Positions 21,521-31,919 are shown, numbered from the stretch's first letter. The stretch: DNA of 64,000 bases from an uncultured Chitinophagaceae bacterium (GCA_964527785.1 CAZGNO010000009.1:3268-67267); one strand, 5' to 3'. Made by a program: numbers and translations. The notes: generated by a model from the sequence alone, not told the origin.

Positions 21521-21558
21521 TTAAAAAACGGCGGGAGAAGCAGATAAGCTCTCCCGCC
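21521..21558 (-). terminator. rho-independent terminator after the giant FG-GAP gene
   Basis: Stem GGCGGGAGA...TCTCCCGCC followed by TTTTTT on the minus strand. It separates the giant gene from the downstream kinase. Confidence 0.6.
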
Positions 21559-21587
21559 GTAAGATTGTGCTCCGATAAAGAGCAGTT

Positions 21588-24500
21588 TTATTCTTTTACT
21601 ATCTTCTGAACTCCGTGTTTGCCGTCAATATAAATATGGAGCAAATACATACCGGATGGAAGATTATCGAGTTCGATATTCTTACGGTACATTCCGGTTT
21701 GTACCATTTCAGTTATTGATAGCATTCTATTGCCTAGCATATTGTCAATCATCACACGAATTGATGATGAGTTTTCAATGTCAGCTTGGAGGGTCAGTTG
21801 ATTATGTACCGGGTTCGGGAAGATTGTCACCCCGATTGTAGTAAGCTCTTCGTATACACCAACAGGATTTACAAAACGTGGGTTAGAGGTTGCTCTGCAG
21901 CCCTTGTCGTTTGTAATTGTAACTGTATAGTTACCGCGACCGGTTGTGCTAAATACATATTTTTGGGATGTTGCACCTGGGATATCTTTTCCGTCTTTTG
22001 CCCACTGATATTTTGTAGCAGGGGACGAAGTAAGGGTATCAACCGATTGTGTAATGTCCGGACGGGCAGCAAGAGGATTGACCAATACATTGATTGTATC
22101 ACGCGAGACACAATTGTTTGAATCTGTTACTGTCAGAATATATTGAGTGTTTGATGATGGCGATGCAATCGGGTCTTTAATCGAACCTGAATTAAGCGAG
22201 AATGAAGGCAGCCAAGAATAATTAAATGGCGCTGTTCCTCCCGTTAATTGCGAGCTTAATTGAACTGACTCTCCTGAGCATACCGATACATCTGCACCCG
22301 TAGAAATTGATAGATTCGGCTTTACAACAATCATAATTGTATCTCGCGATACACATCCGTTTGCATCATTAACGGTTACAATATATTTTGTTGAAATTTG
22401 AGGGTTAGCGAGCGGAGCAGGAATAACTGCCGAGCTGAGACCTTCAGAAGGTTCCCATACATACGTAACAGGATTAACTCCTCCGGTAGCAGCTTTTCCG
22501 ATAACTTTACCGTTGCCCATGCAAATAATTGCATCAGAGCCGGCATCTGCCAACAAATTACAGATTGCGCCTGTGCGGAAATCTCCTTCAGTCGGCGAAT
22601 CAAATCCATTGCTGTACCAGCGGCTATACGGCTGAAGCGCACCTCCACTAGGGCGGTATTGGAATCGAACACGCCATTTGTATGGAGTTGCATTTGTGAG
22701 ACCGTTTATAACCTGATCTAAAGCAATGCCTGCAGTTCCTACGCTTGTCCACGAAGGGGTTACGACTAATCCTGTACCGTTGAACGCTGTACCGATTGGT
22801 TTTACTTCAAATTGTGCTTTTACTTCTGCTCTTCCTTGTGGAGTTCTTCCAAATACTTGCAACCCAACTGATGTTGGAGCTTGTGACCGAAGAGGAGGAA
22901 CAATCACCGAACTGAAATCAGCACGGAATTGGCGGGGTGTTACCCGAATGCCTGAGATTCCATTACCATAGAATACAGAAGCACGACCTCTGTCTTTGAG
23001 AGTATTGTCGAATCGTCTTGCTCCTACTGCAAAGTCAGCATAACCATCGCCGTTCACATCGCCCAAACCGGCTATACTGCTACCAAATTCTGAGTTTTCT
23101 TGATTAGGGTCACCCATCCATGACGGAGTTGCAGTAAGTCCGGTACTTGAGCCATTATAGAGATATGCACGACCCGCGTCAAGCTGTCCGCCATTATCAA
23201 ATAACGGTGCACCGATGAGAATATCACCATACCCGTCACCGTTAATATCACCGGCAGCCGAAACGCTTTTACCGAATTCAGCAGCTTCCTGACCGCCAAC
23301 AGCCGTCCAAGCAGGGGTAGCAGAAACTCCGGCCGCAGCACCTGTATAGAGATAGACACGACCTTCGTTGGAATATATGCCGTTGTACCATATTGCACCC
23401 ACAAGCACATCACTGTAACCGTCACCGTTTACATCACCTCCGCCGGCAACGCTGTATCCGTAATTTGCTCCCTCTTGATTGCTTTCGGCTGTCCATGCGG
23501 CAACTGAAGAGAGACCATTGATTGTTCCGTAATAAATATAAGCACGACCTTCGTCGCCTTGTCCGTTATCATAAAGATATGCACCAACAATCATATCCGA
23601 AATGCCATCGCGGTTTACATCACCGGCATTTGAAACACTATTACCGAAATATGCACCGGTTTGTTCACCGTCTTGCGTCCATGAGATGGTAGTATTTACC
23701 CCTGAACTGCTTCCGTAATAAACAGTAACGCGACCTTCGTCGGTCAGGTTATTATCAAAGCGAGGTGCACCGATAGCTATGTCGGAATAACCATCATTAT
23801 TCACATCACCTAAGCCCGAGACAGAAAATCCGAAAAGAGAGCCGATTTGCCTGTTTTCTATAATAGTAGGGGCAGCAGTATTTAATCCTGATTGTGAACC
23901 ATAATATACATATACTCTTCCCGCATCAACATCAGCGCCACCGTTACCGTCGTAATAGGGAGCACCAATGATAATATCAGCGAATCCGTCGGCATTAATA
24001 TCACCGGCACCGGCTACTTTCCATCCAAAGAGAGCACCTTCGCGTCCGATAGGTGAAAGTAAGTTTATAGCGGTAGCTGAGAGACCTGTCGCACTGCCTA
24101 GATACAAATAAACACGACCTTCGTCTGTGAATGCTGCATCAAAATACGGAGCAGAAACCAATACATCTGCATACCCGTCGCCGTTTACATCTCCCGCAGC
24201 AGTGGTGCTTAATCCATGCTCAGAGAATGCTTGTACACCTTCGGTTGACCAATTCGGAGTAGCTGAAACACCATTGTATTTTCCTACATATACATATACT
24301 CTTCCTTCGTCATTATGTCCGTTGTCGTACGAAGGGCTGCCTACATATATATCACTATAGCCGTCGCCGTTGAAATCCCCTGCATTTGCAACACTTACAC
24401 CAAACTGTGCATTTGATTGGTCGCTCTCGGCAGTCATATTTGCAACAAGTGATAATCCGGTAGAACTGCCAAAATAAACAAACATTCCGCCTTCATTCTG

Positions 24501-27500
24501 CTGACCGTTTGTATAATTAGGTGCACCGACAATCACATCGGCATATCCGTCACCATTTACATCACCGCCGCCGGCGACAGCATCACCGAATGTTGCATTT
24601 ACTTGATTAATTTCCATTGTCCAGTTTGGAACTGTACCCGGTCCGCTTGCCCCACCATAATATACTACAGCTCTTCCTTCGCCAACTTGTCCGTTTTGAT
24701 AATTAGGAATACCTACAATCAAATCTCCATATCCATCTCCGTTTACGTCACCGGCACTTGCTAAACTTGAGCCGAATTGGGCATTGTCTTGCTGGGTTTC
24801 GCCTGTCCAACTGGGGCTTGCCTGTGGGAATGTGGTACTGCCGAAATACGCATATACTTTACCTTCAAGCTCTGCATCAACATCTGCATTTGCATCCGGT
24901 GCACCGATAACTATATCCGAGTATCCGTCACCGTTAATATCGTTTGTACCTGCAATGCTTGAACCATAATGGGCTGTGCTTTGGTTACCCTCTCCAATCC
25001 ATGCAGCAGTAGAATTAACACCGAGCAATGATCCTCTGTATACAAAAACCATTCCTTCATCAGTTTGTCCGCTGTCTGCAAGTGGCGCACCGACTGCAAT
25101 CTCACTGTATGTATCTTTGTTCAAATCACCTACACAAGCGACAGTCATACCGTATTGAGCACCGGCTTGATTGAATTCAGATGTCCAGCTTGGGGCAACT
25201 GAAGGACCGCCTCCGCTTCCAAAAAATACAAATACACGACCTTCATCTGTTTGACCGCTGTCAAAAAGAGGTGCACCGACAATGATATCAGCGTATCCGT
25301 CGGCATTTAAATCTCCGGCGGTAGAAACACTTGCTCCGAGAGCAGCCCCTACCTGATTGCTTTCATAGCTCCATAGTGGAACTGCACTTAAACCGGTTGC
25401 TCCTCCCGGATAGACATACGCCTTGCCTTCGCCGACCTGACCATAGTCACCACCGTATACGCCTACAATCATATCACTGTATCCGTCACCATTGACGTCA
25501 CCGGCACCTGCTACACTGAAGCCCATGAACCCGCCAACTTTATTGCTTTCAAAAACTGCAACTGCATTTCCAATTCCGTTTGCAGAGCCATAGTATCCAA
25601 AAGCACGCCCTTCGTCAAGTTCACCGTTATCATAATATGGCGCACCAACTGCTACATCGCCATAACCGTCACCATTCACATCACCGATTCCCGCAACGGA
25701 AGTTCCATATTGAGCGTTAATTTGATTTCCTTCTGTGATCCATCCGATTACACTGGAGATACCGATTGTGCTTCCTTCATAAATAAATACGCGTCCTTCG
25801 TCATTTTCACCGGCATCAAATAATGGCGCACCGATGATAATGTCTGAATTGCCGTCATTATTAATATCTCCGGCACTTGCTACAGACTGACCGAAACGTG
25901 CATTTAATTGATTGGATTCGGCAACCCAACTGTCTGTAGTGGAAAGACCGGTGTTGCTTCCATAATATGCAGTCACACGACCTTCATTCGATTCACCGTT
26001 TGAGAAGAATGGTGCTCCTGCAATCAGGTCAGCCGAAGCGTCACCATTCACATCACCTGCGTTTGCTATACTATATCCAAATTGTGCATCATTTTGATTG
26101 CTTTCACGTGACCAGCTTGGGGCAGCAGGGAGTCCTCCTGCCACAAGTCCGTAGAATACATTTACTATACCCTCGTTTGTCTGACCATTGTCCCAAAGCG
26201 GCGTACCAACTGCTATATCGCTTTTAGTATCACGGTTAAAGTCAGCATTTCCTGCTACGCTCCAGCCCATCCGAGAGCCGTCTTGGTTGTTTTCTGCTGT
26301 CCAAGGGGCATCAGTGCGAAGACCTGTGTTCCCGCCATAATATACAAATACGCGTCCTTCGTCAATTTCTACATTATCAAAAAAGGGCGCACCCACTATA
26401 ACATCAGATGAATCATCATTGTTAATTCTTCCGGCAACACCTACCGAATACCCGAATTGCGCTCCAGCTTGGTCACTTTCACGAGTAGCTGCTGCAGTAG
26501 TTGCTACGCCTGTAGCTCCACCCAAAAACACAAATACTGCGCCTTCGCTTGCTTGTCCGTTTTGGAAGGTTGGTGCTCCTACTATAATATCTTGGTAACC
26601 GTCTCTATTAACATCTCCGGCAGTAGAAACACTCCAACCGAAGTTTGCGCTTGCCACATTGATTTCTAAACTTTTTGAAGGTAATGCACCTAAGCCCGTT
26701 GCTGAACCATGATAGACAAATACTGCACCTTCGTCAGTTTCACCATTGTCATATCGTGGGCTTCCTACTAAAACATCAGGATAACTGTCTCCATTCACAT
26801 CTCCGGCAGATTTTATGCTCCAGCCCAAACCGGCATCGGCTTGGTTGCTTTCGACCATCCAGTTGGCGGTTGTAGAGAGCGGATCAACCGTAACAGGATA
26901 CACCGCATTGCGATCATCTACCACTAAATTTATCATTGAACCGTGAAGTTCCATCTTTGCTGCGAGCTTAGAGTGTGTAGCATCCCACACATTGAGGTCT
27001 TTATACCACACTTTTCCCTTGTTCTGATGATTTTTTTCGGCGAACAGGATAGCATCGTTACTTGCTTGGTGCGGCTGTAAGTTTGTAGAAGATTTAAGGG
27101 TAAGGGTAAGCGGCTGATGACCTGCCGGTTTATTCTTTACCAAAAAGTTTTGGCGCATCCCTTCAGCATTATTTAGATATTCGATTTGAATGTCATTGTT
27201 CTCAGCAGTCATTCGGTTGTCTTTAACCTGAATATCCGTGCCGGCAAGCGACAGTCCTTTTTGTCCTTTTGAAACAGAGGTAAGACGCATATCTACGTTC
27301 CAACTGTCGTTGCTGCCCGTACGAGGTGCCAGCGAGAAGCCGTCGTTGAAATATGTAATACGTAAGTTTTGAGAGCGATTGGGACTTTGGTAGCTTTTTG
27401 CTTTCTCTTGATAACGAATAAAATACTCACTCTTAGCAATATCTTGAGTAACAGCCGAGTACCAATTCTGGTCAATTCCTGATTGTGTTGCTATCGGCGA

Positions 27501-27614
27501 ACTAGTTTTCTGCTTTTCGGCAGACTGTGGGTTGATGCCAAAATGCGACCAACCAATAGCTCCAATAGCAACTATGGCTGCAGTCACGGGCAATAAATAC
27601 CATTTACTCTTCAT
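21588..27614 (-). CDS. giant FG-GAP/integrin-alpha-like repeat protein (about 2008 aa), T9SS-secreted
   Basis: Signal peptide MKSKWYLLPVTAAIVAIGA. Twenty-one copies of the GDVNGDGYxD-type FG-GAP Ca-binding motif were counted, and there may be more. Two Cys-containing SprB/Ig-like repeats follow, then a C-terminal T9SS sorting domain (...IFPNPVHNQLTLQ...LLHIYIDGKHGVQKIVKE). The ATG at 27614 is preferred, being preceded by GGAGGA, over the TTG at 27629. Confidence 0.8.
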   Translation of the reverse strand: MKSKWYLLPVTAAIVAIGAIGWSHFGINPQSAEKQKTSSPIATQSGIDQNWYSAVTQDIAKSEYFIRYQEKAKSYQSPNRSQNLRITYFNDGFSLAPRTGSNDSWNVDMRLTSVSKGQKGLSLAGTDIQVKDNRMTAENNDIQIEYLNNAEGMRQNFLVKNKPAGHQPLTLTLKSSTNLQPHQASNDAILFAEKNHQNKGKVWYKDLNVWDATHSKLAAKMELHGSMINLVVDDRNAVYPVTVDPLSTTANWMVESNQADAGLGWSIKSAGDVNGDSYPDVLVGSPRYDNGETDEGAVFVYHGSATGLGALPSKSLEINVASANFGWSVSTAGDVNRDGYQDIIVGAPTFQNGQASEGAVFVFLGGATGVATTAAATRESDQAGAQFGYSVGVAGRINNDDSSDVIVGAPFFDNVEIDEGRVFVYYGGNTGLRTDAPWTAENNQDGSRMGWSVAGNADFNRDTKSDIAVGTPLWDNGQTNEGIVNVFYGLVAGGLPAAPSWSRESNQNDAQFGYSIANAGDVNGDASADLIAGAPFFSNGESNEGRVTAYYGSNTGLSTTDSWVAESNQLNARFGQSVASAGDINNDGNSDIIIGAPLFDAGENDEGRVFIYEGSTIGISSVIGWITEGNQINAQYGTSVAGIGDVNGDGYGDVAVGAPYYDNGELDEGRAFGYYGSANGIGNAVAVFESNKVGGFMGFSVAGAGDVNGDGYSDMIVGVYGGDYGQVGEGKAYVYPGGATGLSAVPLWSYESNQVGAALGASVSTAGDLNADGYADIIVGAPLFDSGQTDEGRVFVFFGSGGGPSVAPSWTSEFNQAGAQYGMTVACVGDLNKDTYSEIAVGAPLADSGQTDEGMVFVYRGSLLGVNSTAAWIGEGNQSTAHYGSSIAGTNDINGDGYSDIVIGAPDANADVDAELEGKVYAYFGSTTFPQASPSWTGETQQDNAQFGSSLASAGDVNGDGYGDLIVGIPNYQNGQVGEGRAVVYYGGASGPGTVPNWTMEINQVNATFGDAVAGGGDVNGDGYADVIVGAPNYTNGQQNEGGMFVYFGSSTGLSLVANMTAESDQSNAQFGVSVANAGDFNGDGYSDIYVGSPSYDNGHNDEGRVYVYVGKYNGVSATPNWSTEGVQAFSEHGLSTTAAGDVNGDGYADVLVSAPYFDAAFTDEGRVYLYLGSATGLSATAINLLSPIGREGALFGWKVAGAGDINADGFADIIIGAPYYDGNGGADVDAGRVYVYYGSQSGLNTAAPTIIENRQIGSLFGFSVSGLGDVNNDGYSDIAIGAPRFDNNLTDEGRVTVYYGSSSGVNTTISWTQDGEQTGAYFGNSVSNAGDVNRDGISDMIVGAYLYDNGQGDEGRAYIYYGTINGLSSVAAWTAESNQEGANYGYSVAGGGDVNGDGYSDVLVGAIWYNGIYSNEGRVYLYTGAAAGVSATPAWTAVGGQEAAEFGKSVSAAGDINGDGYGDILIGAPLFDNGGQLDAGRAYLYNGSSTGLTATPSWMGDPNQENSEFGSSIAGLGDVNGDGYADFAVGARRFDNTLKDRGRASVFYGNGISGIRVTPRQFRADFSSVIVPPLRSQAPTSVGLQVFGRTPQGRAEVKAQFEVKPIGTAFNGTGLVVTPSWTSVGTAGIALDQVINGLTNATPYKWRVRFQYRPSGGALQPYSRWYSNGFDSPTEGDFRTGAICNLLADAGSDAIICMGNGKVIGKAATGGVNPVTYVWEPSEGLSSAVIPAPLANPQISTKYIVTVNDANGCVSRDTIMIVVKPNLSISTGADVSVCSGESVQLSSQLTGGTAPFNYSWLPSFSLNSGSIKDPIASPSSNTQYILTVTDSNNCVSRDTINVLVNPLAARPDITQSVDTLTSSPATKYQWAKDGKDIPGATSQKYVFSTTGRGNYTVTITNDKGCRATSNPRFVNPVGVYEELTTIGVTIFPNPVHNQLTLQADIENSSSIRVMIDNMLGNRMLSITEMVQTGMYRKNIELDNLPSGMYLLHIYIDGKHGVQKIVKE

Positions 27615-27899
27615 CTGGAAATCCTCCAAATATTTATGAAAATTTGACTTGTAATTATTACTTGATTAAGGATGGAAAGTTCCATCGGTTTCGAAATTCT
27701 TCAGCTTGATCTTGCAAAAGATGTAATCCTGAAAGCAAGAATTATACCTAAAACGCTGTTATTCATGCAAAAATACGAAGTTGGATGATAATTAAATGCC
27801 TGCTGGCGACTTAATCCACAATATATTTCAGTATTTCTAGTTAATTCATAAAAATTATAATTCTATTATAGGCGGTTAAACTCACAATATATTTCATAA

Positions 27900-28529
27900 T
27901 CATTTCAAAATCTCACCGGTTTCCATACTCCAAAACAGCAAATCCATTTCATCCATCGGAATTCCTACCCACTCGCAAAACTGCTTCCATTTTGTTTCAA
28001 TATCAATGTATAATGTTGGTGTGAGGGAGTCAGGCACGTCAATTACACCGCAAGCAGCCAAATGTTTGAGGATATGTCTGTCTAGTATTGCAGTACCGAA
28101 TATCCCAATATTTCGCAAGAAATGCGCCGCCTCTTTCATTCCTATCCCGCGAACGTTCTGCACAAGCCATTCACGTTTTTGATTCACCGACGATGCGGAC
28201 AATATCTCTGCTTCAATGGTAATGTATTTTTGTTGCGCCTGCATGAGCGACAAACCCTTTTGATTGTGAAATCTGATGTAATGCTCGGGCATCCGCAGAA
28301 TATCGGCAGGGTTAAACAATTCATTCTTAAAGTTTCGCTGTTTGAGAATTTCTACAACCCGAACTGCATTCTTTGCCTTCGATTGAGGAGTACATAGTGT
28401 GAAGCATAATTCGTAAAAATAATCATCCTGATTTACCTTGGTAAAATCATCAAGCCGCTGCCTGATCGCTTCATACTGTTTGAGATAACAAGTGCGAAGT
28501 TCGTCCGAAAATGAATAAACTGCGCTCAT
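27900..28529 (-). CDS. ogg: 8-oxoguanine DNA glycosylase / N-glycosylase-DNA lyase, Ogg2 (archaeal-type) family
   Basis: Strong resemblance to Methanocaldococcus/Thermotoga Ogg2 (ELCFTLCT..., VQNVRGIGMKEAAHFLRNIG...ILDRHILKHL). HhH-GPD hallmark present. Confidence 0.75.
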   Translation of the reverse strand: MSAVYSFSDELRTCYLKQYEAIRQRLDDFTKVNQDDYFYELCFTLCTPQSKAKNAVRVVEILKQRNFKNELFNPADILRMPEHYIRFHNQKGLSLMQAQQKYITIEAEILSASSVNQKREWLVQNVRGIGMKEAAHFLRNIGIFGTAILDRHILKHLAACGVIDVPDSLTPTLYIDIETKWKQFCEWVGIPMDEMDLLFWSMETGEILK

Positions 28530-28822
28530 ACCTTTCCTTTCAATATTCCGTCAAACATAGTATAATTCTTCATTATCATTCTTCATTATTAATTACAAGA
28601 AAGAATAGGGTTAAAGATAGGGCTGCGTAAAATTATTTCAGTAAGGTATTTAAATTCAACCGTTAGGGAAAGCAATGTAATCATTTATACTCATTTTGCA
28701 AAATATTGGCATATATAAAAACATTCGGAAAAACTGAGGTATCTATTGTAGTAAGGTGAGCCGGGGTATCCAATTATTTAGTGTCGCCGATATTCAGTCT
28801 CAATTTTATTGAAAATTTTTTC

Positions 28823-28850
28823 TAAAGTTTTTTATAGTTTATGCCGAGAA
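28823..28850 (+). promoter_or_regulatory. sigma-28 (FliA)-type promoter upstream of the flagellin gene
   Basis: TAAAGTTT, 16-nt spacer, GCCGAGAA, against the enteric consensus TAAA-N15-GCCGATAA. Located about 70 nt upstream of the flagellin ATG. Confidence 0.5.
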
Positions 28851-28918
28851 TTACTTTCGGAACTTAAAAACTACGGCAGGATGCCCAAACTTTAGGTCTT
28901 ATTACATGGAGGTTTATT

Positions 28919-29854
28919 ATGCCCTCAGCAGTCTCAGGTGCCGGTCGTATCCGCACCAACACTCCCGCCGAAAATGCGTACAACGCTCTTCAGGCATCCA
29001 GCAGTAATGTTGCTTTACGTCAATTACGTCTTTCTACTGGAAAGCGCATCAATTCAGCATCAGATGATGTTGCAGGTTATATTACGTCACGGTCTCTTCA
29101 AGCTCGGAATGGTGCACTCAAAGCAGCACTCGGTGCTGTAGGTGACGCAGAAAGTGTAGCAAATATAGCTCAAGATGCATTTGATAACATTAACAATCTG
29201 CTGACAAGCATTAAAGATGCGGCTTCGACAGCTTCATCAGGTGCGCTTGGCACAAACGAAAAAGTGGCTCTTGCACAATCGGCATATCGTTTTGCTCAGC
29301 AAATCCAAACAATCGTTGATTCGACCGTATTCGGTGGCAGTCAATTATTGGACGGTACATTCTCAGGTGACTTCGTTATTGGTTTTAATGCAAGCAATTC
29401 GTTGCTTACACTCGCAGTTGATTTGACAACTCAAGCAAGCTCTACGAACTTTAACATCACCGGAAATTTCTTAACTACCGTAACAGGTAACAGTAATTTC
29501 GCAGGTGTGTCCGGCTTGGATTTGAACTCGCTCAGCTCAATCAGCAGCAGTGACTTGGGTGTATTCTCTACTGCAAATATTTCAACAACTCTCACAAGTT
29601 TGGCATCGGCTCTTGACAACGTCAATAAAGTTGCTTCGTATCTTGGAGGTGTTTCTAATCGTTTGGCTTCACAAACTGATTCGCTCAAATCACAAATTAC
29701 GAATTACAATGCAGCTATCTCCCGTATTCAAGATACAGATGTTGCAACTGAGCAGTTAGAACTTGTTAAAGCACAGTTTTTGCAACAAACTTCTATTATT
29801 ACATTGTCGCAAGCAAATCAAAATCCGCAGCAATTCTTGCAATTATTCAGATAA
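28919..29854 (+). CDS. fliC: flagellin
   Basis: N-terminal LSTGKRINSASDDVAGYITSR and C-terminal LGGVSNRLASQ...RIQDTDVATEQLELVKAQFLQQTSIITLSQANQNPQQFLQLFR align convincingly to the conserved D0/D1 flagellin termini. GGAGG RBS present. Confidence 0.9.
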   Translation: MPSAVSGAGRIRTNTPAENAYNALQASSSNVALRQLRLSTGKRINSASDDVAGYITSRSLQARNGALKAALGAVGDAESVANIAQDAFDNINNLLTSIKDAASTASSGALGTNEKVALAQSAYRFAQQIQTIVDSTVFGGSQLLDGTFSGDFVIGFNASNSLLTLAVDLTTQASSTNFNITGNFLTTVTGNSNFAGVSGLDLNSLSSISSSDLGVFSTANISTTLTSLASALDNVNKVASYLGGVSNRLASQTDSLKSQITNYNAAISRIQDTDVATEQLELVKAQFLQQTSIITLSQANQNPQQFLQLFR

Positions 29855-29929
29855 AATTTCCTAAGTAAAAGATATAAGATGTGGTTGCCATAGATTATAT
29901 CGGCAAAGGAATCGGCGAAAATATAATGC

Positions 29930-29960
29930 AGAAAGGCGGAGGTTTTGAACCCGCCTTTCT
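29930..29960 (+). terminator. hairpin downstream of the flagellin gene (AGAAAGGCGG / CCGCCTTTCT)
   Basis: 10-bp stem seen directly; weak T-tract. Confidence 0.4.
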
Positions 29961-30067
29961 GTATTATACGTAAAAGTTTTGATGGCAAAACGGAGTGGCA
30001 CGTAATTTGAGTTCTGCGCAATGATTGTAATCATCGTGTTTTTCTTCTCATTTTAACAGTATTAACT

Positions 30068-30415
30068 ATGCCTACACCGGCGCAGCAACTAGCCGCAAGA
30101 AAATTATATGGTGGCGATGGAAATGTTCCTTCGTACCTTGATCAGGAAGTACTGACATGGAGCCCCGAAAAAATCACACTTAAAACGTATGATTTATTTA
30201 TTGTCAGTTGCAAACGAAACGATATTTCCCGGATGAACAGGGTGCTTATAGAACTGATGGGTGCTTTGAATTTTGAGTATGAAGAGTCCTCAACCCGCTT
30301 ATATCGGCTCTATGAATATTGTCAGCGGTGTATTACTCAGAAGAAACCGGACGAAGCCCTGAAAATAATTCAAGAACTTCGTAATACGTGGGCGGTTGCT
30401 TTCAACTTGGAATAG
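30068..30415 (+). CDS. fliS: flagellar export chaperone FliS
   Basis: 115 aa. SPEKITLKTYDLFIVSCKR...LIELMGALNFEYEE...RLYRLYEYCQRCI...IQELRNTWAVAF matches the FliS four-helix family pattern. Lies inside the flagellar cluster. Confidence 0.6.
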   Translation: MPTPAQQLAARKLYGGDGNVPSYLDQEVLTWSPEKITLKTYDLFIVSCKRNDISRMNRVLIELMGALNFEYEESSTRLYRLYEYCQRCITQKKPDEALKIIQELRNTWAVAFNLE

Positions 30416-30485
30416 GCAAAGTTTACAAGTAGGCAGCTCAAAAACTTTATTGAATTTTAATATCTCCCAACGGGAGGGTACAACC

Positions 30486-31919
30486 ATGTCAGACCTTTTA
30501 GGAACAGCATTATCAGTAGGCAACGGACTTTCGCAGGGAAGCCAGTCTTCCAGCGATTTGCTTATTGAAGCTTTTCGTAAAACAAAGCAAGCGGGAATTG
30601 ATGCTCTAAAAACAAAACAATCCACGCTTGAGTTTAGAAAAGTTTACCTCAGTAAGTTCCGTACACGCATCGAAACGCTTACGGCAAAAGCAGATAATCT
30701 GCTTGCCGAAGGCAGTGCTGCCACGTTCAATACAAAAAAAATTACAGCAAGTGATACTTCTGTAGTAACCGCTACCGCCACATCGGATGCAACTATAGGT
30801 ATCAGTACTCTGAAAGTAGACAGACTGGCTTCGAATGATGTTCTCGTTTCCGGAAAGAAAAATTTAACCGATGCGTATGCGTTTGCCGACTTAACAAAGT
30901 CAATTACTATCAATGGAACATCAACTGATGTTGTGTTCGGTACAGGAGAAACCAATGAAACGGCTCTGGCAAAAATTGCTGCAGCTATCAATGGTAATTC
31001 TGCATTTAATGTATCGGCGGCTGTCGTGAAAGATACGTCCTCAACTGCCCGACTTACATTTACGGCTAAAACGACCGGTGCATCCAATCAAGTCAATTTT
31101 ACAGATGGCGATATACTTGGTGATATAGGTATTACGGTAGCGGCACTAAATCCAAACAGTGCAACACGCACTACATCAACATCTACATCAGCCGGTTATA
31201 AACTGGCAAATTTTGCGGATTTGGATTCGCAAATTCAAGTAAACGGGGTTCAGGTCACTAGAGAGACGAATTCTTTCAGCGATGTATTCTCAGGAGTTAC
31301 ATTTACACTCAATAAAGCTCAGGGTGTATCCGATGCTCCTGTAACGCTTACTACTGCCGTTGATACAGATAAACTTGCAAATACGATTATTCAGCCGTTT
31401 TTAGACAGTTTTAATGACACTGTGCGCTATCTCAAGCAAGACCCGACAGCTCTTCGAGCTGACCCAAGTCTTCGTTCGATTTACTCCAAACTGCGGAATT
31501 TAATAAACGAACCGGTTTCAACTGTCGGTTCTGGGAATCCAAAGTATCTGACTGAAATTGGAATTAAAATTGCAGAGGATGGAACGTTAAGTGTAGGAAA
31601 TAAAGATACATTGCAAAGTTTTCTGGAGTCAAACCCTCAGAAAATATCGGATCTTTTTATATCAGGCGACGGGTTTGCGGTGAAAGCAAAGAATGCAATC
31701 GCTAACTTGTTAGGTTCAGATGGATTTATTTCTACAAAAAGTGAATCGTTACAAGGGCAGATTACACTGGTTACGAAGCAAAAGACAAGTCTCCAGAAAC
31801 GAATAGACACGCAAGCAGAGAGTCTTAAAAAAGAGTATGAAAAGCTCCAAAAAGTATATCTGCAGGCACAAAATCAGTTTAATTTATTAAGTGGATTCTC
31901 TTCAAGTACTTCTACATAA
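30486..31919 (+). CDS. fliD: flagellar filament cap protein FliD (HAP2)
   Basis: Start at MSDLLGTALSV (30486), with GGGAGGG upstream. N- and C-terminal coiled-coil segments and a central Thr/Ser-rich domain typical of FliD; C-terminal ...KEYEKLQKVYLQAQNQFNLL. Confidence 0.75.
   Translation: MSDLLGTALSVGNGLSQGSQSSSDLLIEAFRKTKQAGIDALKTKQSTLEFRKVYLSKFRTRIETLTAKADNLLAEGSAATFNTKKITASDTSVVTATATSDATIGISTLKVDRLASNDVLVSGKKNLTDAYAFADLTKSITINGTSTDVVFGTGETNETALAKIAAAINGNSAFNVSAAVVKDTSSTARLTFTAKTTGASNQVNFTDGDILGDIGITVAALNPNSATRTTSTSTSAGYKLANFADLDSQIQVNGVQVTRETNSFSDVFSGVTFTLNKAQGVSDAPVTLTTAVDTDKLANTIIQPFLDSFNDTVRYLKQDPTALRADPSLRSIYSKLRNLINEPVSTVGSGNPKYLTEIGIKIAEDGTLSVGNKDTLQSFLESNPQKISDLFISGDGFAVKAKNAIANLLGSDGFISTKSESLQGQITLVTKQKTSLQKRIDTQAESLKKEYEKLQKVYLQAQNQFNLLSGFSSSTST

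Noticed and set aside
21588-27614. Highly periodic DNA repeats that could superficially suggest a CRISPR array or satellite
   Set aside because: The repeats are in-frame coding repeats (FG-GAP blades) inside one long ORF. There are no short identical direct repeats with unique spacers and no cas genes, so no CRISPR array was called anywhere in the window.
28786-28793. Second sigma-28 -10 element (GCCGATAT) further upstream of fliC
   Set aside because: There is no TAAA -35 element at the required 15-16 nt spacing.
30299-31087. Minus-strand ORFs of 108 and 147 aa overlapping fliS and fliD
   Set aside because: They are antisense to the flagellar genes, and the Ala/Val-rich translation is typical of a shadow frame.
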